A stretch of 64,000 nt of DNA, from positions 3,392,001 to 3,456,000 of the forward strand of contig OZ253442.1 in the NCBI GenBank assembly GCA_965261085.1, in the 5' to 3' direction. This document shows positions 28,240 to 39,323 of the stretch, piece after piece. Numbering within the stretch: the first letter of the stretch is position 1; each line of letters opens with the position of its first letter. The stretch comes from a bacterium. GTDB taxonomy: Bacteria > UBA8248. A program made the position numbers and the translations under genes. Under the pieces are notes generated by a model that was not told where the DNA came from, ran no database searches, and saw only the letters and a program-made list of their open reading frames with translations.

Positions 28240-29328
28240 CTATACCCCTCTCGCCAGAGCGGCGATGCGCGCTCCCATCTCGACGCAACCTACCGCTTTT
28301 GCGTCCGGCGTATGGATGTCCGGCGTTCTGAGCCCCTCATCGAGCGCTGCGGCCACGGCCGCCTCGATAGCTTCGGCCACGTCCACCCGCTTGAGCGAAT
28401 AGCGGCACAACATGGCGGCCGACATGATAGCCGCAATCGGGTTCGCCTTGTCCTGGCCGGCAATGTCCGGCGCCGTGCCATGCACCGGCTCGTACAAGCC
28501 GAAACCGGTCTCGTTCAGGTTCGCCGAGCCGAGCATGCCAATGGAGCCCGTGAGCATGGAGGCGCAATCGCTCAGGATGTCGCCGAACATGTTGCTCGTG
28601 ACGATAACGTCGAATTGCAGCGGGTCGCGAATCAACTGCATCGCCGCGTTGTCGACGTACATATGGCTGGTCTCGACTTCCGGGAACTCCCCGGCGACAT
28701 CTCCGGCGACCCTGCGCCACAGGCGGCTGTTGTCGAGAACGTTTTCCTTATCCACCGAGCAAAGTATTTTTTCCCGCACGGAGGCCAATTCGAACGCGAG
28801 GCGAACGATTTGGCGAATCTCACCCGTGGTATACGTCATCGTGTCAACCGCTTTTTCCTCATCCGGCGAGAGCCGCTCGATGCCCCTGGGCTGGCCGAAG
28901 TAAATGCCGCTCACGCCCTCGCGCACGACGAGGAGATCCAGGCCTCGAACCACCTCGGGCTTGAGCGAGGAGGCCTCCACCAGCGGATCGAACATGACGG
29001 CGGGCCTCAAATTGGCGAACAGATTCAACTCTTTCCTCAAACCCAGGATGGCCTGCTCGGGGCGTTTGTCGCGAGAGAGCGCATCCCACTTCGGACCTCC
29101 CACTGCGCCGAATAGTCCTGCGTCGCTCCGGCGGCAGAGGGCGAGGGTTTCCTCGGGAAGAGGCTCTCCAGTCGCGTCATAAGCCGAGCCGCCGCAAAGC
29201 CCTTGCTCGAACTCGAAACTCGCGCCGAAGCGAGCGCCCGCCGCCTCCAATACTGAGCGCGCCTGCGCCACCACCTCCTGGCCGATGCCGTCGCCCGGCA
29301 AAACGGCTATCCGATAACTACTCACCAA
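28240..29328 (-). CDS. leuB: 3-isopropylmalate dehydrogenase
   Basis: LPGDGIG, GAVGGPKW, NMFGDILSD, EPVHG.APDIAG. Confidence 0.97.
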   Translation of the reverse strand: MVSSYRIAVLPGDGIGQEVVAQARSVLEAAGARFGASFEFEQGLCGGSAYDATGEPLPEETLALCRRSDAGLFGAVGGPKWDALSRDKRPEQAILGLRKELNLFANLRPAVMFDPLVEASSLKPEVVRGLDLLVVREGVSGIYFGQPRGIERLSPDEEKAVDTMTYTTGEIRQIVRLAFELASVREKILCSVDKENVLDNSRLWRRVAGDVAGEFPEVETSHMYVDNAAMQLIRDPLQFDVIVTSNMFGDILSDCASMLTGSIGMLGSANLNETGFGLYEPVHGTAPDIAGQDKANPIAAIMSAAMLCRYSLKRVDVAEAIEAAVAAALDEGLRTPDIHTPDAKAVGCVEMGARIAALARGV

Positions 29329-29343
29329 AAACTCTCCTCTTTC

Positions 29344-29952
29344 TTATTTCGTTTCGCTTTCGAAATTCGTGACGTACGGCAGGCGTTGCGCCACCTCCTC
29401 GACGCGGGGCAGGTTTCCCCGTAAATTGGTGAGCAAATCCCACGTGCCGGATAAAAATGCGTTTTTGCGCGTCTCCTGAATCTCGATGGATATAACGCGC
29501 TCGCCGAAGCTGACCGTGGAATTCCTGATGTCCACGGTGAAGCGCGTCTTCGGCTCGTCCTGCGCCTGTTTGATCAACTCATGCACGTCATCCGCCGACG
29601 CCACACCGAGCGGCACTCCGATGGCGAAGCAGTTTCCCGCAAAAATCTCCGCGAACGATATGCCGACGAGCACCTCGATGCCGAAGCGCTTGAGCGCCTG
29701 CGGGGCGTGCTCGCGCGAGGAGCCCGAACCGAAGTTCGTGCCCACGAACATCATGTTGGCCCCTTTGTGGGCGGGGTTGTCCACGGGATGATCGGGCGTA
29801 TTCTCACGCTCATCGCAGAACAGGGCCTTCTCGATGCCTTCGAAGGTAATGGACTTGAGAAACCTCGCCGGCGTGATTCTGTCGGTATCGATGTCGTCAC
29901 GCGGCATGGGAATGGCCTTGCCCACGATTTTTTCGATCTTCTTCGTGCTCAT
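29344..29952 (-). CDS. leuD: 3-isopropylmalate dehydratase small subunit
   Basis: DIDTD.ITPARFL, NFGSGSSREHAP. Confidence 0.96.
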   Translation of the reverse strand: MSTKKIEKIVGKAIPMPRDDIDTDRITPARFLKSITFEGIEKALFCDERENTPDHPVDNPAHKGANMMFVGTNFGSGSSREHAPQALKRFGIEVLVGISFAEIFAGNCFAIGVPLGVASADDVHELIKQAQDEPKTRFTVDIRNSTVSFGERVISIEIQETRKNAFLSGTWDLLTNLRGNLPRVEEVAQRLPYVTNFESETK

Positions 29953-29954
29953 GC

Positions 29955-31361
29955 TTATTCTCCCATCTCTCTGGGGTCCGCGATGCAGCCGGCAATCGCC
30001 GATGAGACGACAACGGCCGGGCTGCCCAGGTGGGTTCTTCCTCGCGGACTGCCCTGGCGTCCGATGAAATTGCGATTCGAGGTGGAAATGCTTCTTTCCG
30101 CGCCCACGAGCTTGTCCGGGTTCATCCCCAGACACATCGAGCATCCCGCTTCGCGCCACTCCGCACCCGCTTCGGTGAAAATTTCGTGCAACCCCTCTTC
30201 CTCGGCCTGCTTCTTCACCTGCTGGGAGCCGGGCACCACCAGCATCCTGACGCTGGGGTGCACCTTGTTTCCCTTGATCAGCCGCGCGCCCTCGCGCAAG
30301 TCGGAGATTCTCGAATTCGTGCAGGAACCCAGAAACGCGACGTCGACTCTCGTGCCTAAAATCGCCTCGCCCGGCTTGAGGCCCATGAATTCATAGCCGT
30401 GTTCCGCAGTCTTCCTGTCCTCGCCCGCGAAGCTGTTCACCTCGGGGAGCGGCTCTGAAATCCCGACCGAATGCCCCGGATTGATCCCCCAGGTCACCAT
30501 CGGCTCGATGGATTCTCCCGCTATCTCGTAGATATCGTCATATTCCGCGTCATCGCCCGAGGCGATCTCGCGCCAATATTCCAAGCCTCTCTCCCAGGCT
30601 TCTCCCTCGGGGCTGAACTCGCGGCCCTCGAGATAATCGAACGTCGTCTGGTCCGGATTCACGTAGCCGATGCGGGCGCCGCCCTCGATGCTCATATTGC
30701 AGACCGTCATGCGCCCTTCCATCGACATGTCGTCAAAAACGTCGCCGCCGTATTCATAGGCGAAGCCCAGGCCGCCCTTGATGCCCAGATCGTGAATGAC
30801 CCGCAAAGTCACGTCCTTGGGCGTCACGCCGGGGCCGAGAGAACCCGTGACTTCTATCCGCTTCACTTTCATGCGGTTCAGCGCCAAGGTCTGGGTCGCC
30901 AGGACATGGCCCACCTCGGTCGTGCCGATGCCGAAACCCAGAGAACCCATCGCGCCGTGCGTACTCGTGTGGCTGTCGCCGCAGGCGATGGTCATGCCGG
31001 GCTGGCTCAGCCCCAACTCGGGGCCGATGACGTGAACGATGCCCTGCTTGCCGGTATCGAGATGCAGAAAGCGGACGCCGAATTCATTCACGTTCTGCTC
31101 CAGAGCGGCCATCATCTTCTCGGCCTGCACGTCCTCGTAGGGCCTGATCTGGCTGAGCGTGGGGATGATATGGTCCACCGTCCCCATCGTGCGGTCGGGG
31201 AAAGCGACGCCGGCGCCGATTTCCTTGAGCATCCCGAACGCCTGTGGCGTGGTGACTTCATGGATGAGGTGCAGGCCGATGAATATCTGATCCTGGCCCG
31301 AATCGAGTTTGGCCACCGTGTGGGAATCCCAAACCTTATCGTACAGCGTGTTTTTCGACAT
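29955..31361 (-). CDS. leuC: 3-isopropylmalate dehydratase large subunit
   Basis: [33 protein letters not shown]. Confidence 0.97.
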   Translation of the reverse strand: MSKNTLYDKVWDSHTVAKLDSGQDQIFIGLHLIHEVTTPQAFGMLKEIGAGVAFPDRTMGTVDHIIPTLSQIRPYEDVQAEKMMAALEQNVNEFGVRFLHLDTGKQGIVHVIGPELGLSQPGMTIACGDSHTSTHGAMGSLGFGIGTTEVGHVLATQTLALNRMKVKRIEVTGSLGPGVTPKDVTLRVIHDLGIKGGLGFAYEYGGDVFDDMSMEGRMTVCNMSIEGGARIGYVNPDQTTFDYLEGREFSPEGEAWERGLEYWREIASGDDAEYDDIYEIAGESIEPMVTWGINPGHSVGISEPLPEVNSFAGEDRKTAEHGYEFMGLKPGEAILGTRVDVAFLGSCTNSRISDLREGARLIKGNKVHPSVRMLVVPGSQQVKKQAEEEGLHEIFTEAGAEWREAGCSMCLGMNPDKLVGAERSISTSNRNFIGRQGSPRGRTHLGSPAVVVSSAIAGCIADPREMGE

Positions 31362-31416
31362 GGCATTACCCTCGAAATGATCTACAGATTCTTACGCGTC
31401 ATATTGAAATTGAAAG

Positions 31417-32235
31417 TCAAGAAACCGTTTTTGAGCGATCGAGACCTTCCCGCAAAGAAGCGACGTAATCGCGCGCCGCCCGTAGCTTGTCCTCGCGCGT
31501 CGCCTGCGCCTCCATGACGTCTATCAGGGCGCTGCCCACGATGACGCCATCGGCGTGACCGGCCACTTCCGCCGCCTGTTTGGGCGTCTTGATTCCGAAC
31601 CCCACGAGAACAGGCCGGTTCTTCACCCGGTTGATCCGCGACAGGGTGGCGCCCAAATCCGAATCCAGTGCGTCTCGCGCACCGGTGACTCCCATCTGCC
31701 CGACGTAGTAGATGAAACCGCCGCCCACGTCGTTCACCAGTTCGATCCGATGTTCGGTGCTCGTGGGCGCGAGCATGAAGACGGGCTCGAGCGGATAGTC
31801 GTTCATAATTTCTACTAGAGGACTCGCTTCTTCGGGCGGCAGGTCGGGCACGATGACGGCGTCGGCCCCCACCTGAGATGCGCCGCGCACGAACTCCGCC
31901 AAGCCCATGGCGATGATGGGGTTGTAATACGTCATCAGAACCAGGGGCGTATCGGGTATTTCCGCACGTACCTCGCCCACCATTTTCAGGACGCCGCTCA
32001 GGCGCGTTCCCCCCGCGAGCGAGCGCATGCTCGAGCGCTGAATTGTGGGGCCGTCCGCCAGCGGATCGCTGAAGGGAACCCCTATCTCGAAGCCGTCCGC
32101 TCCCGCCTCGACCATGAGGGGCAGCAGTTCCCGGGTGAACGCCAAATTCGGATCGCCCGCAGTGACGAACGGGAACAGACCGGCCCGCCCTTCTGTGCGC
32201 AAACGGGAGAAACACGTCTCCAGCCTATCACCCAT
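31417..32235 (-). CDS. trpA: Tryptophan synthase alpha
   Basis: EIGVPFSDPLADGPTIQ, GFGI, DGVIVGSA. Confidence 0.97.
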   Translation of the reverse strand: MGDRLETCFSRLRTEGRAGLFPFVTAGDPNLAFTRELLPLMVEAGADGFEIGVPFSDPLADGPTIQRSSMRSLAGGTRLSGVLKMVGEVRAEIPDTPLVLMTYYNPIIAMGLAEFVRGASQVGADAVIVPDLPPEEASPLVEIMNDYPLEPVFMLAPTSTEHRIELVNDVGGGFIYYVGQMGVTGARDALDSDLGATLSRINRVKNRPVLVGFGIKTPKQAAEVAGHADGVIVGSALIDVMEAQATREDKLRAARDYVASLREGLDRSKTVS

Positions 32236-33452
32236 TATCGCACGTCCTCGTCATCGAGCATTTCCGTCAAAAGCCCCTCCGCCTGATGCACATCCTTATC
32301 CCCCCGGCCTGAGAGGCATAGCACCACTGTCTTCATCTCGCCCGCTTCCCTCGTCTCCTCGGCCAGACGGTCCAGATAGGAAATCGCGTGGGCGCTCTCG
32401 AAGGCGGGAATGATGCCCTCCAGCACCGAGAGTTTCTGAAATGACTTGAGCGCATCGTGGTCTTCCACCGTCACATAGCGCGCGCGCCCGGAATCCTTGA
32501 AATATGAATGCTCAGGCCCCACACCCGGATAATCGAGCCCTGCCGACACCGAATGCGCCGGGATGATCTGCCCATCATCGTCATAGAGCAGGAACGTCTC
32601 GCAGCCATGCAAAACGCCCACGCGGCCTGCGGTCAACGACGCGCCGTGCTCCTCGGTGTCCAGACCCCGGCCCCCGGCTTCCACGCCGATGAGTTCGACG
32701 TCCGCATCATCCACGAAGGGATGGAACAAGCCGATTGAATTGCTGCCGCCTCCCACGCAGGCTACGCAAGCGTCGGGAAGCCGACCCTCCGCCTCCATAA
32801 TCTGCGCGCGCGCCTCGCGCCCGATGACGGACTGGAAATCGCGTATCATCTCGGGAAACGGATGCGGCCCCACCACCGAACCGATGATGTAGTGGGTCGT
32901 TCGCACCGAAGCCGTCCAGTCGCGCAGCGTTTCGTTCGTGGCGTCCTTCAAGGTCTTGCTGCCCGAGGTGACCGGAATCACCCGCGCGCCCAGAAGGCGC
33001 ATGCGGAACACGTTGAGCGATTGCCTGCCGATGTCCTCCTCGCCCATGTAGACGTCACACTCCAGTCCGAAGAGCGCCGCCGCCGTGGCGGTGGCCACCC
33101 CGTGCTGGCCCGCCCCCGTCTCCGCGATAATGCGCGTTTTCCCCAGCCTCCTTGCCAGAAGTACCTGGGCGAGCGTGTTGTTTATCTTATGGGCCCCCGT
33201 GTGGCAGAGGTCTTCACGCTTGAGATAGACCCTGAGCACGCCCAAATAATCGGACAGGCGCTCCGCCAGATACAGCGGCGTGGGCCTGCCCACGAATTCT
33301 CTCAGGTAACCGGCGAGTTCTTCGTGATACGCCGGATCGTTCCGGGCCTCCTGATACGCTTGCTCGAGTTCATCGAGGGCGGGCATGAGGGTTTCCGGGA
33401 CATAGCGCCCCCCGAATCGACCGAACCTTCCCTTGGAGACCAACTCGCTCAT
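32235..33452 (-). CDS. trpB: Tryptophan synthase beta
   Basis: [35 protein letters not shown]. Confidence 0.98.
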   Translation of the reverse strand: MSELVSKGRFGRFGGRYVPETLMPALDELEQAYQEARNDPAYHEELAGYLREFVGRPTPLYLAERLSDYLGVLRVYLKREDLCHTGAHKINNTLAQVLLARRLGKTRIIAETGAGQHGVATATAAALFGLECDVYMGEEDIGRQSLNVFRMRLLGARVIPVTSGSKTLKDATNETLRDWTASVRTTHYIIGSVVGPHPFPEMIRDFQSVIGREARAQIMEAEGRLPDACVACVGGGSNSIGLFHPFVDDADVELIGVEAGGRGLDTEEHGASLTAGRVGVLHGCETFLLYDDDGQIIPAHSVSAGLDYPGVGPEHSYFKDSGRARYVTVEDHDALKSFQKLSVLEGIIPAFESAHAISYLDRLAEETREAGEMKTVVLCLSGRGDKDVHQAEGLLTEMLDDEDVR

Positions 33453-34099
33453 CTTCTCATTTCCTCAAGCTCAGATATCGCCGCGCGCGCGTTTTGAATA
33501 AAACCGAGGACCCGCTCGGGGTCTTTGCGGGCCAAAATCGCGCCCTCCACTCCGCTGCTCGAATCCACCCCATAAGGCTGAACGCTCCTCACGGCGTCCG
33601 TTACGTTCTCCGGCTTAAGCCCCCCCGAGAGTATGATGGGCCTTGCGCCGGCCACCTGCCGGGCTAATCCCCAGTCGAAGGTCTCGCCCGTACCCCCGAG
33701 CGCGCCCTTCACGTAGGCGTCCAGCAATATGGCGCAATCGGGGAAGGCGTCTATTTGCGCTATCGTTTCGGGCCCTTTAACCCTCAAGGCCCGAATCACG
33801 CGCAAGCCCCGCTCGATGAGCCAGCGGCAATCGGCGGGCGTTTCATCTCCATGAAGCTGCGCCGCGTCCAAACCGACGCGACCGGCAATTTCCATCACGC
33901 GTTCGGGGGTCTCGTTCACGAAAACGCCCACCCGTGTTCCGAAAGGAGGCAGCGCCTCGGCTATCTCCCTCGCCTGCTCTACTTCCAGACACCGGGGGGT
34001 GCCGGGAACGAAATTGAGCCCCAGGGCGTCGGCGCCTGCTTCCAGGGCGAATTCCGCGTCCTCGACGGTCGTGACTCCACAAATCTTCACGCGGATCAT
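33449..34099 (-). CDS. trpF: Phosphoribosylanthranilate isomerase
   Basis: [26 protein letters not shown]. Confidence 0.96.
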   Translation of the reverse strand: MIRVKICGVTTVEDAEFALEAGADALGLNFVPGTPRCLEVEQAREIAEALPPFGTRVGVFVNETPERVMEIAGRVGLDAAQLHGDETPADCRWLIERGLRVIRALRVKGPETIAQIDAFPDCAILLDAYVKGALGGTGETFDWGLARQVAGARPIILSGGLKPENVTDAVRSVQPYGVDSSSGVEGAILARKDPERVLGFIQNARAAISELEEMRR

Positions 34100-34282
34100 A
34101 GCGCGAAACCCTCCCGAGCAGAGCAGCATTTATAGCACAGAGTCGAAGCGCAAGCCTAGCGCAAAGGGTGCGATATGAGCGATACGGGCAACAAGGCGAG
34201 AAGATTGATCGAACGGAGGAAGTGGAGTTATTCATCAGGCTTTGAGGATGCAACTTACAAGGGAGAGGGAAGGGTCGGTCGG

Positions 34283-34996
34283 TTAGCCGCCACCGAGGTA
34301 CATCATCTTGACTTCCGGGTTGTTCAGGAGTTCATGGCCGCCGCCCTGATAGCGATTCCTGCCGAGTTCGAGCACATAGGCGCGGTCCGAAATCTCCAGG
34401 GCGCGAGCGGCATTCTGCTCGACGAGCATGATGGTCAGCCCCTCTTTGGCGAGGCCCACGATTTTCTCGAACACTTCGGTCACGAAGCGGGGACTCAAGC
34501 CCAGGGACGGCTCATCGAGCATGATCATCTTGGGTCTCGTCATCAGGGCGCGGCCCATGGCCAGCATCTGCTGCTCACCGCCGCTCATGGTGCCCCCCAA
34601 CTGCTTTTGCCGCTCACCGAGGCGAGGGAACAGGGTGAAAACAAAATCCATCGCATCATTGATTTTCTTCTGATCACGCTCGATATAGGCGCCCATCTCC
34701 AGGTTTTCCTTGACCGACATCTGATTGAAGACGATGCGCCCCTGGGGCACATAGCCCAGCCCCCGGCCCAGAATCTGATCCGGACGATAGCCCACGATGT
34801 TCTGATCCTCAAACTGGATCTCACCGCCCAGATAGTTGATAAAGCCCATGATAATTTTGAAAGTAGTGGATTTGCCCGCGCCGTTCGGCCCGATGACTGC
34901 CACCACCTCTTTTTCGTTCACGTGGAGCGACACGTCGTGGAGTATCTGGATTCGGCCATACGCCGCGTTGACGTCCTTGAGTTCTAGTAGCGCCAT
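34283..34996 (-). CDS. livF: Branched-chain amino acid-type ABC ATPase (LivF-like)
   Basis: GPNGAGKST, MSGGEQQMLA, LDEPSLGL. Confidence 0.9.
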   Translation of the reverse strand: MALLELKDVNAAYGRIQILHDVSLHVNEKEVVAVIGPNGAGKSTTFKIIMGFINYLGGEIQFEDQNIVGYRPDQILGRGLGYVPQGRIVFNQMSVKENLEMGAYIERDQKKINDAMDFVFTLFPRLGERQKQLGGTMSGGEQQMLAMGRALMTRPKMIMLDEPSLGLSPRFVTEVFEKIVGLAKEGLTIMLVEQNAARALEISDRAYVLELGRNRYQGGGHELLNNPEVKMMYLGGG

Positions 34997-35722
34997 TTAT
35001 TTATGTCCAAAATATGCTTCGATGACTTCTTCGTTTTTTTGAATGTCCTCGGGCAGACCTTCGGCGATTTTCACGCCGTAGTCCAACACGAACACCATGT
35101 CGCAGTGGTTCATGATCACGTTCATATCGTGCTCGACGATGAGCACCGTCTTTCCCTGATCTTCTTGAAGATGATGGATGTGGTCGAGCAAGTTGTTGAG
35201 CAAGGTTCTGTTGACGCCGGCCGCCGGTTCATCGAGCAGAATGAGGTCCGGGTCCGTCATCAAGGCGCGCGCGAATTCGAGAAGTTTTTGCTGCCCATAG
35301 GAGAGGTTTCCCCCATACTCGCCGCGAAGTTTCGTGAGCGTGACGAACTCCATCAGTTGCTCCGCCCTCACGCGCGCCTCGCGCAGGGGCATCTTCATGC
35401 TCGATGCGGAAAGCATATTCTCGAACACCGTCATTTCGCGATAGATGCGGGTAATCTGGAAGGTGCGGCTGATACCCTTGTTGAAAATTTTATGGGGCTT
35501 TAGGCCGACGATATCCTCTCCGTTGTACAACACGGAGCCGCTGTCCGCCTGGAGAACACCCGTGAGCAGATTGAACGTGGTGGTTTTGCCTGAGCCGTTC
35601 GGTCCGATCAGGCCCGATATCTTGCCCTTGGGCACCTCAAAGGTGCACCCATCCACCGCCTTGATGCCGCCAAAGTATTTTTTCAGGTCTCGAATTTCGA
35701 GAGCAATTTCCGCTTCGGCCAT
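34997..35722 (-). CDS. livG: Branched-chain amino acid-type ABC ATPase (LivG-like)
   Basis: GPNGSGKTT, LSYGQQK, LDEPAAG. Confidence 0.9.
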   Translation of the reverse strand: MAEAEIALEIRDLKKYFGGIKAVDGCTFEVPKGKISGLIGPNGSGKTTTFNLLTGVLQADSGSVLYNGEDIVGLKPHKIFNKGISRTFQITRIYREMTVFENMLSASSMKMPLREARVRAEQLMEFVTLTKLRGEYGGNLSYGQQKLLEFARALMTDPDLILLDEPAAGVNRTLLNNLLDHIHHLQEDQGKTVLIVEHDMNVIMNHCDMVFVLDYGVKIAEGLPEDIQKNEEVIEAYFGHK

Positions 35723-35743
35723 TTTCTCGCGCTGCTCCGTTTC

Positions 35744-36682
35744 TTAGTGAACCATTCCCTTACGCGCCCAGCCCCTATTGATGGCGAATCCCATCAGCCC
35801 GCGCGGCATGAACCGGGCCACGAGGATGATGAAGAGCCCGAAGGCGATGAGGTGGGCCGTGGGGAACTCCACCCAGGTAATTTCCTGAACGATATACAAG
35901 ATGAATGTGCCCAGGATGGGGCCAATCACCGTTCCCTTGCCGCCGAACATGGCGAAGAGCTTCATGTAGATGGTGATGAGGATGAAGAATTCGGTTTCGG
36001 GGTCGATATAGAGAATCTTGTACGCCTGAATGCCGCCGGCCGCCGCCGGGAAGATGGCGGAGAGGGCGAAGGCGGAGAGCTTGTAGAACGTGGTGTTGAT
36101 ACCCAGGCTCTCCGCTGCGATTTCGTCCTCGCGTATGGCGTTCAGACGGATCCCGAACCTCGAGTGCCCTACCCAGTAGGACACTCCAATGGTGACCAGC
36201 ATGACCACCAGCATGGCGAAATAGGTTTCAAACGAGTTCTCTATGTTGGGCAGCCCGATTCCCAGACCGCCGTGGGTGAGGCTCTCCCACACCGTGGCCA
36301 CCACGCGCGTACCCTCCGCGGCGCCGAGCATGGCGATAGCAAAATATGGGCCTTTGAGGCGCAAAACCGGAAAACCGATACCCAGGGAGACCACGAAGGA
36401 AACGAACATGCCCATGAAAAGGGTCGGTATCCAGTGCCAGCCGTAGTCCACCACCAGAATACCCGTGGCGTATGCGCCGATGCCGTAGAACATCACATGG
36501 CCGAACGACACGTAGCCCGTATAGCCGCTGATGATGTTCCAACTCAAGGCGAGGACGACGTACATCATCGTGAACATGATAACGGAGCGCTGATACAGAT
36601 TGATCTGCGAGGGCAACGCACACAGGATGATTATGAATATGGCCAGCATTCCAAAGTTGCGCAGGTGCTCTTTTTGGGCCAT
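35744..36682 (-). CDS. livM: ABC permease (LivM-like)
   Basis: GYTGYVSFGH, LKGPYFAI, AIREDEIAAESLGIN. Confidence 0.9.
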   Translation of the reverse strand: MAQKEHLRNFGMLAIFIIILCALPSQINLYQRSVIMFTMMYVVLALSWNIISGYTGYVSFGHVMFYGIGAYATGILVVDYGWHWIPTLFMGMFVSFVVSLGIGFPVLRLKGPYFAIAMLGAAEGTRVVATVWESLTHGGLGIGLPNIENSFETYFAMLVVMLVTIGVSYWVGHSRFGIRLNAIREDEIAAESLGINTTFYKLSAFALSAIFPAAAGGIQAYKILYIDPETEFFILITIYMKLFAMFGGKGTVIGPILGTFILYIVQEITWVEFPTAHLIAFGLFIILVARFMPRGLMGFAINRGWARKGMVH

Positions 36683-36693
36683 TCAGATCTCTC

Positions 36694-37683
36694 CTAGGTT
36701 TCTTTCGGCCCCATCAGGCCGCGAGGCCTGATAAGCAGCACGAATACCATCAATCCGTAGGACGCAATTTCCACCATGGCGGTGCCGTTGGGAATCATGA
36801 AGGAAATGAGGCTCTCGATCACCGCGAGCATGATCCCTCCAATGAGCGCACCGATGTAGTGGCCCCTGCCTCCAAGCACGATAATGGCGAAGGCTTGCAG
36901 CGTATACAAAACACCCGTTTCCGGGTTGAAGCCGAATTGAATCGACACCAGGGCGCCGCCCGCCACCGCAAGCGCCGCGGCGAGACCCGAGGTGATCATA
37001 TAGATATTATAAATGTTGATGCCGCAGACCATCGCGACGTCGGCGTTTTGCGCCGTAGCGCGTATGGCCTTGCCGATGCGGTGCATTTTCAGGAAAAAGA
37101 ACACGCTGAAGGATATGAAAGCGGCCATCACGAAACTGATGATCTTACTCCTGCCCACTGCGATGGACTCGGTGATTTGCAACGCGTCGGGGGCGTAGGG
37201 GATGGTCCGGTAATCCGTGGTGAAGACGGCTTCCACGATATGAATGATCGTGAGGCCCAGGCCGAATGTTATCAGCAAGGGCGTCAGTTCCGGCCCGCCC
37301 ACCACGGCGTTCAAGAGCAGCTTTTGAATCAGGACGCCGATGACGAAAGCGATGGGGAGCGTGAGGAACAAGGCGAGGAGCGGGTCGATTCCCACGTAGA
37401 AGAAGAACATCCAGGTCAGGTAAGCGCCCAGCATCACCAGCTCGCCGTGCGCCACGTTGATGATGCGCATGACGCCGAAGATGAGTGTGAGCCCCACGGC
37501 GAACATGGCGTATACGCCGCCCTGCATGAAGCCGTTCAGGATGACGGTGGTCAGATCCGCCAGCCACTGAAGGTCAAAGATGACGTTATCCGTATAAATT
37601 CCGATACCGAATGGAACGGTGTACGCCCCAACCAAAAACACCGCCAACCTGTATTTGCTACGGATTTCAGCTTTTTCCTGCAT
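36694..37683 (-). CDS. livH: ABC permease (LivH-like)
   Basis: GLTLIFGVMRIINVAHGE, G.AIRATAQN. Confidence 0.9.
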   Translation of the reverse strand: MQEKAEIRSKYRLAVFLVGAYTVPFGIGIYTDNVIFDLQWLADLTTVILNGFMQGGVYAMFAVGLTLIFGVMRIINVAHGELVMLGAYLTWMFFFYVGIDPLLALFLTLPIAFVIGVLIQKLLLNAVVGGPELTPLLITFGLGLTIIHIVEAVFTTDYRTIPYAPDALQITESIAVGRSKIISFVMAAFISFSVFFFLKMHRIGKAIRATAQNADVAMVCGINIYNIYMITSGLAAALAVAGGALVSIQFGFNPETGVLYTLQAFAIIVLGGRGHYIGALIGGIMLAVIESLISFMIPNGTAMVEIASYGLMVFVLLIRPRGLMGPKET

Positions 37684-37810
37684 GAGAAATCATGTCCTCG
37701 GAATACGACACAAAAAAACCGGATACTTTCGCCTTCGCGCCGGAGCCGCTTTTAACAACCCCGGCGCGAAAGTTCAAGTGTTTATTGCATTTTCGCGTTT
37801 AATAAAACCC

Positions 37811-39007
37811 TTAGTTCTTGCCTCTTTCTTTCCAACTCGGCATCGGCAGCTTGTAGGGGACTTCCGATATCTTCTTGGGCCACACGATCTTGCGCTCGCC
37901 GTTCAAGATCTGGAAGGTCAAGCCCTCGTGATTGTTCATGTTGGTGTCATCCACTTTCCAGGGGCCGATGACGGTCATGGTCTTCATGGTGCGCAACGTC
38001 TTCCACACCTTGTCCCGGTCCGCGGAGCCGGCTCGTTTCACCGCCTCGCCGAAAACCTGCATGGACGCATAGGACTGACCCGCGTGATAGTTCGGCTTCA
38101 CGCCGTAGCGCTTCTCATACGCCGCGATGAACTCCGTCATGCCGGGCCTCTTGAGAATGGCCGGCTTCGGTTCCCACTGGCTGAAGCCCAGAACGTATTC
38201 CGCCGTGTTGCCAAGCTGCTTGGCGAATTTCGGCAGACCCGGGCCGACGGTTCCGGCGAAAATCTTGAGGTTGATGTTGAGTTCGCGAAGCTGGCGAATC
38301 TGAGCCGCAGCGTCCGCGAAGTAGCTGTTCGAGATGAGCGCTTCCGCGCGACGCGCCTTGATCTTTTGCAGCAGCCCGGTGAAGTCGGTCTGCTTGCGCG
38401 GATAGTTCTCGTTCAACACCACTTTCAGCCCAAGCTTCTTCGCCCACGCCACGGCGCCCTCTGCAGACTGGCGCGGGAAGAGGCTGTCCTCGCCGACGAT
38501 GGCGATACGCTTCACGCCGATGTCCTTGGCGATGTGAAGCGCGCCCTTCTGGTAGTCCTGGGCGACGGCGATGATGTCGAAGAGATACTTACGGCCTTTC
38601 TTCCAGATGATGCCCGAGGCGGCGCCCGGCGCCATCGTGGGGTACTTGTACCTTTCGAGCACGTTGGCCACGGCGTCGGTGATGCCGCTGGAATAGGGGC
38701 CCATGGTCAGGTCCACCTTGTCCTGCGTGATGAGCTTCTCATAGAGCTTGATGCTCGTCTGCTTGTCCGATTTGTCGTCCATCATGATTAAATCGATTTT
38801 CTTGCCGTTCCACCCACCCTTGGCGTTCATCTGATCCACGTACAGATTGTAGGAGTTCACCATACGTCCGGCGGGCTCGGCGTAGCGGCCCGTCCGCGAA
38901 ATGGCGATTCCCAGAGTGATCTTGTCCGCCGCGACGCTTTTCTCCACGAAGGGAGCAGCCGTCAGGGCGATAACAAAGCCGAAAAACAAAACCAGGCTTT
39001 TCTTCAT
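37811..39007 (-). CDS. Amino acid/amide ABC substrate-binding protein (LivJ-like), paralog 2
   Basis: Signal peptide, DDKSD, GPYSSG; periplasmic binding protein type 1 pattern. Confidence 0.9.
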   Translation of the reverse strand: MKKSLVLFFGFVIALTAAPFVEKSVAADKITLGIAISRTGRYAEPAGRMVNSYNLYVDQMNAKGGWNGKKIDLIMMDDKSDKQTSIKLYEKLITQDKVDLTMGPYSSGITDAVANVLERYKYPTMAPGAASGIIWKKGRKYLFDIIAVAQDYQKGALHIAKDIGVKRIAIVGEDSLFPRQSAEGAVAWAKKLGLKVVLNENYPRKQTDFTGLLQKIKARRAEALISNSYFADAAAQIRQLRELNINLKIFAGTVGPGLPKFAKQLGNTAEYVLGFSQWEPKPAILKRPGMTEFIAAYEKRYGVKPNYHAGQSYASMQVFGEAVKRAGSADRDKVWKTLRTMKTMTVIGPWKVDDTNMNNHEGLTFQILNGERKIVWPKKISEVPYKLPMPSWKERGKN

Positions 39008-39323
39008 GTTTTAGACTCCTCTGATAGTGAACAAAATTCTGCTGCTATGTTAAAGATTTTTTCCGCCTACACGATATCCAATCATGTTCGGGTGGCTCCG
39101 CCTTCCAAAAAAGCAGCCACGCAATGCACGCTTGGTTCCTTGATAGGTGCGTTATGATACGCATATAGATTCATATGTCAAAGGGTTTTTTTGAACAAAT
39201 CAAGGAGTATCACCTCCAAAAAGCGCATCCTCCAGGTCCAAAACCCCCGCCCCACGCAAAACAGACGCGGAGCGGGAGTCGATGCGCTTCAGTTAGAGAC
39301 CTCTGTTTATCCCCTCCGCCTGC

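Noticed and set aside
24705-34099. Mixed trp-leu-asd-mtnP-hemL-ftsB gene run
   Set aside because: Ordinary housekeeping genes; such mixed operons are common and no attenuator or leader peptide was evident.
37734-37812. Intergenic hairpins between binding protein and livH as a riboswitch
   Set aside because: Simple inverted repeats (TTCGCGCCGG/CCGGCGCGAA) typical of mRNA-stabilising or attenuating stems after binding-protein genes; no aptamer motif recognised.
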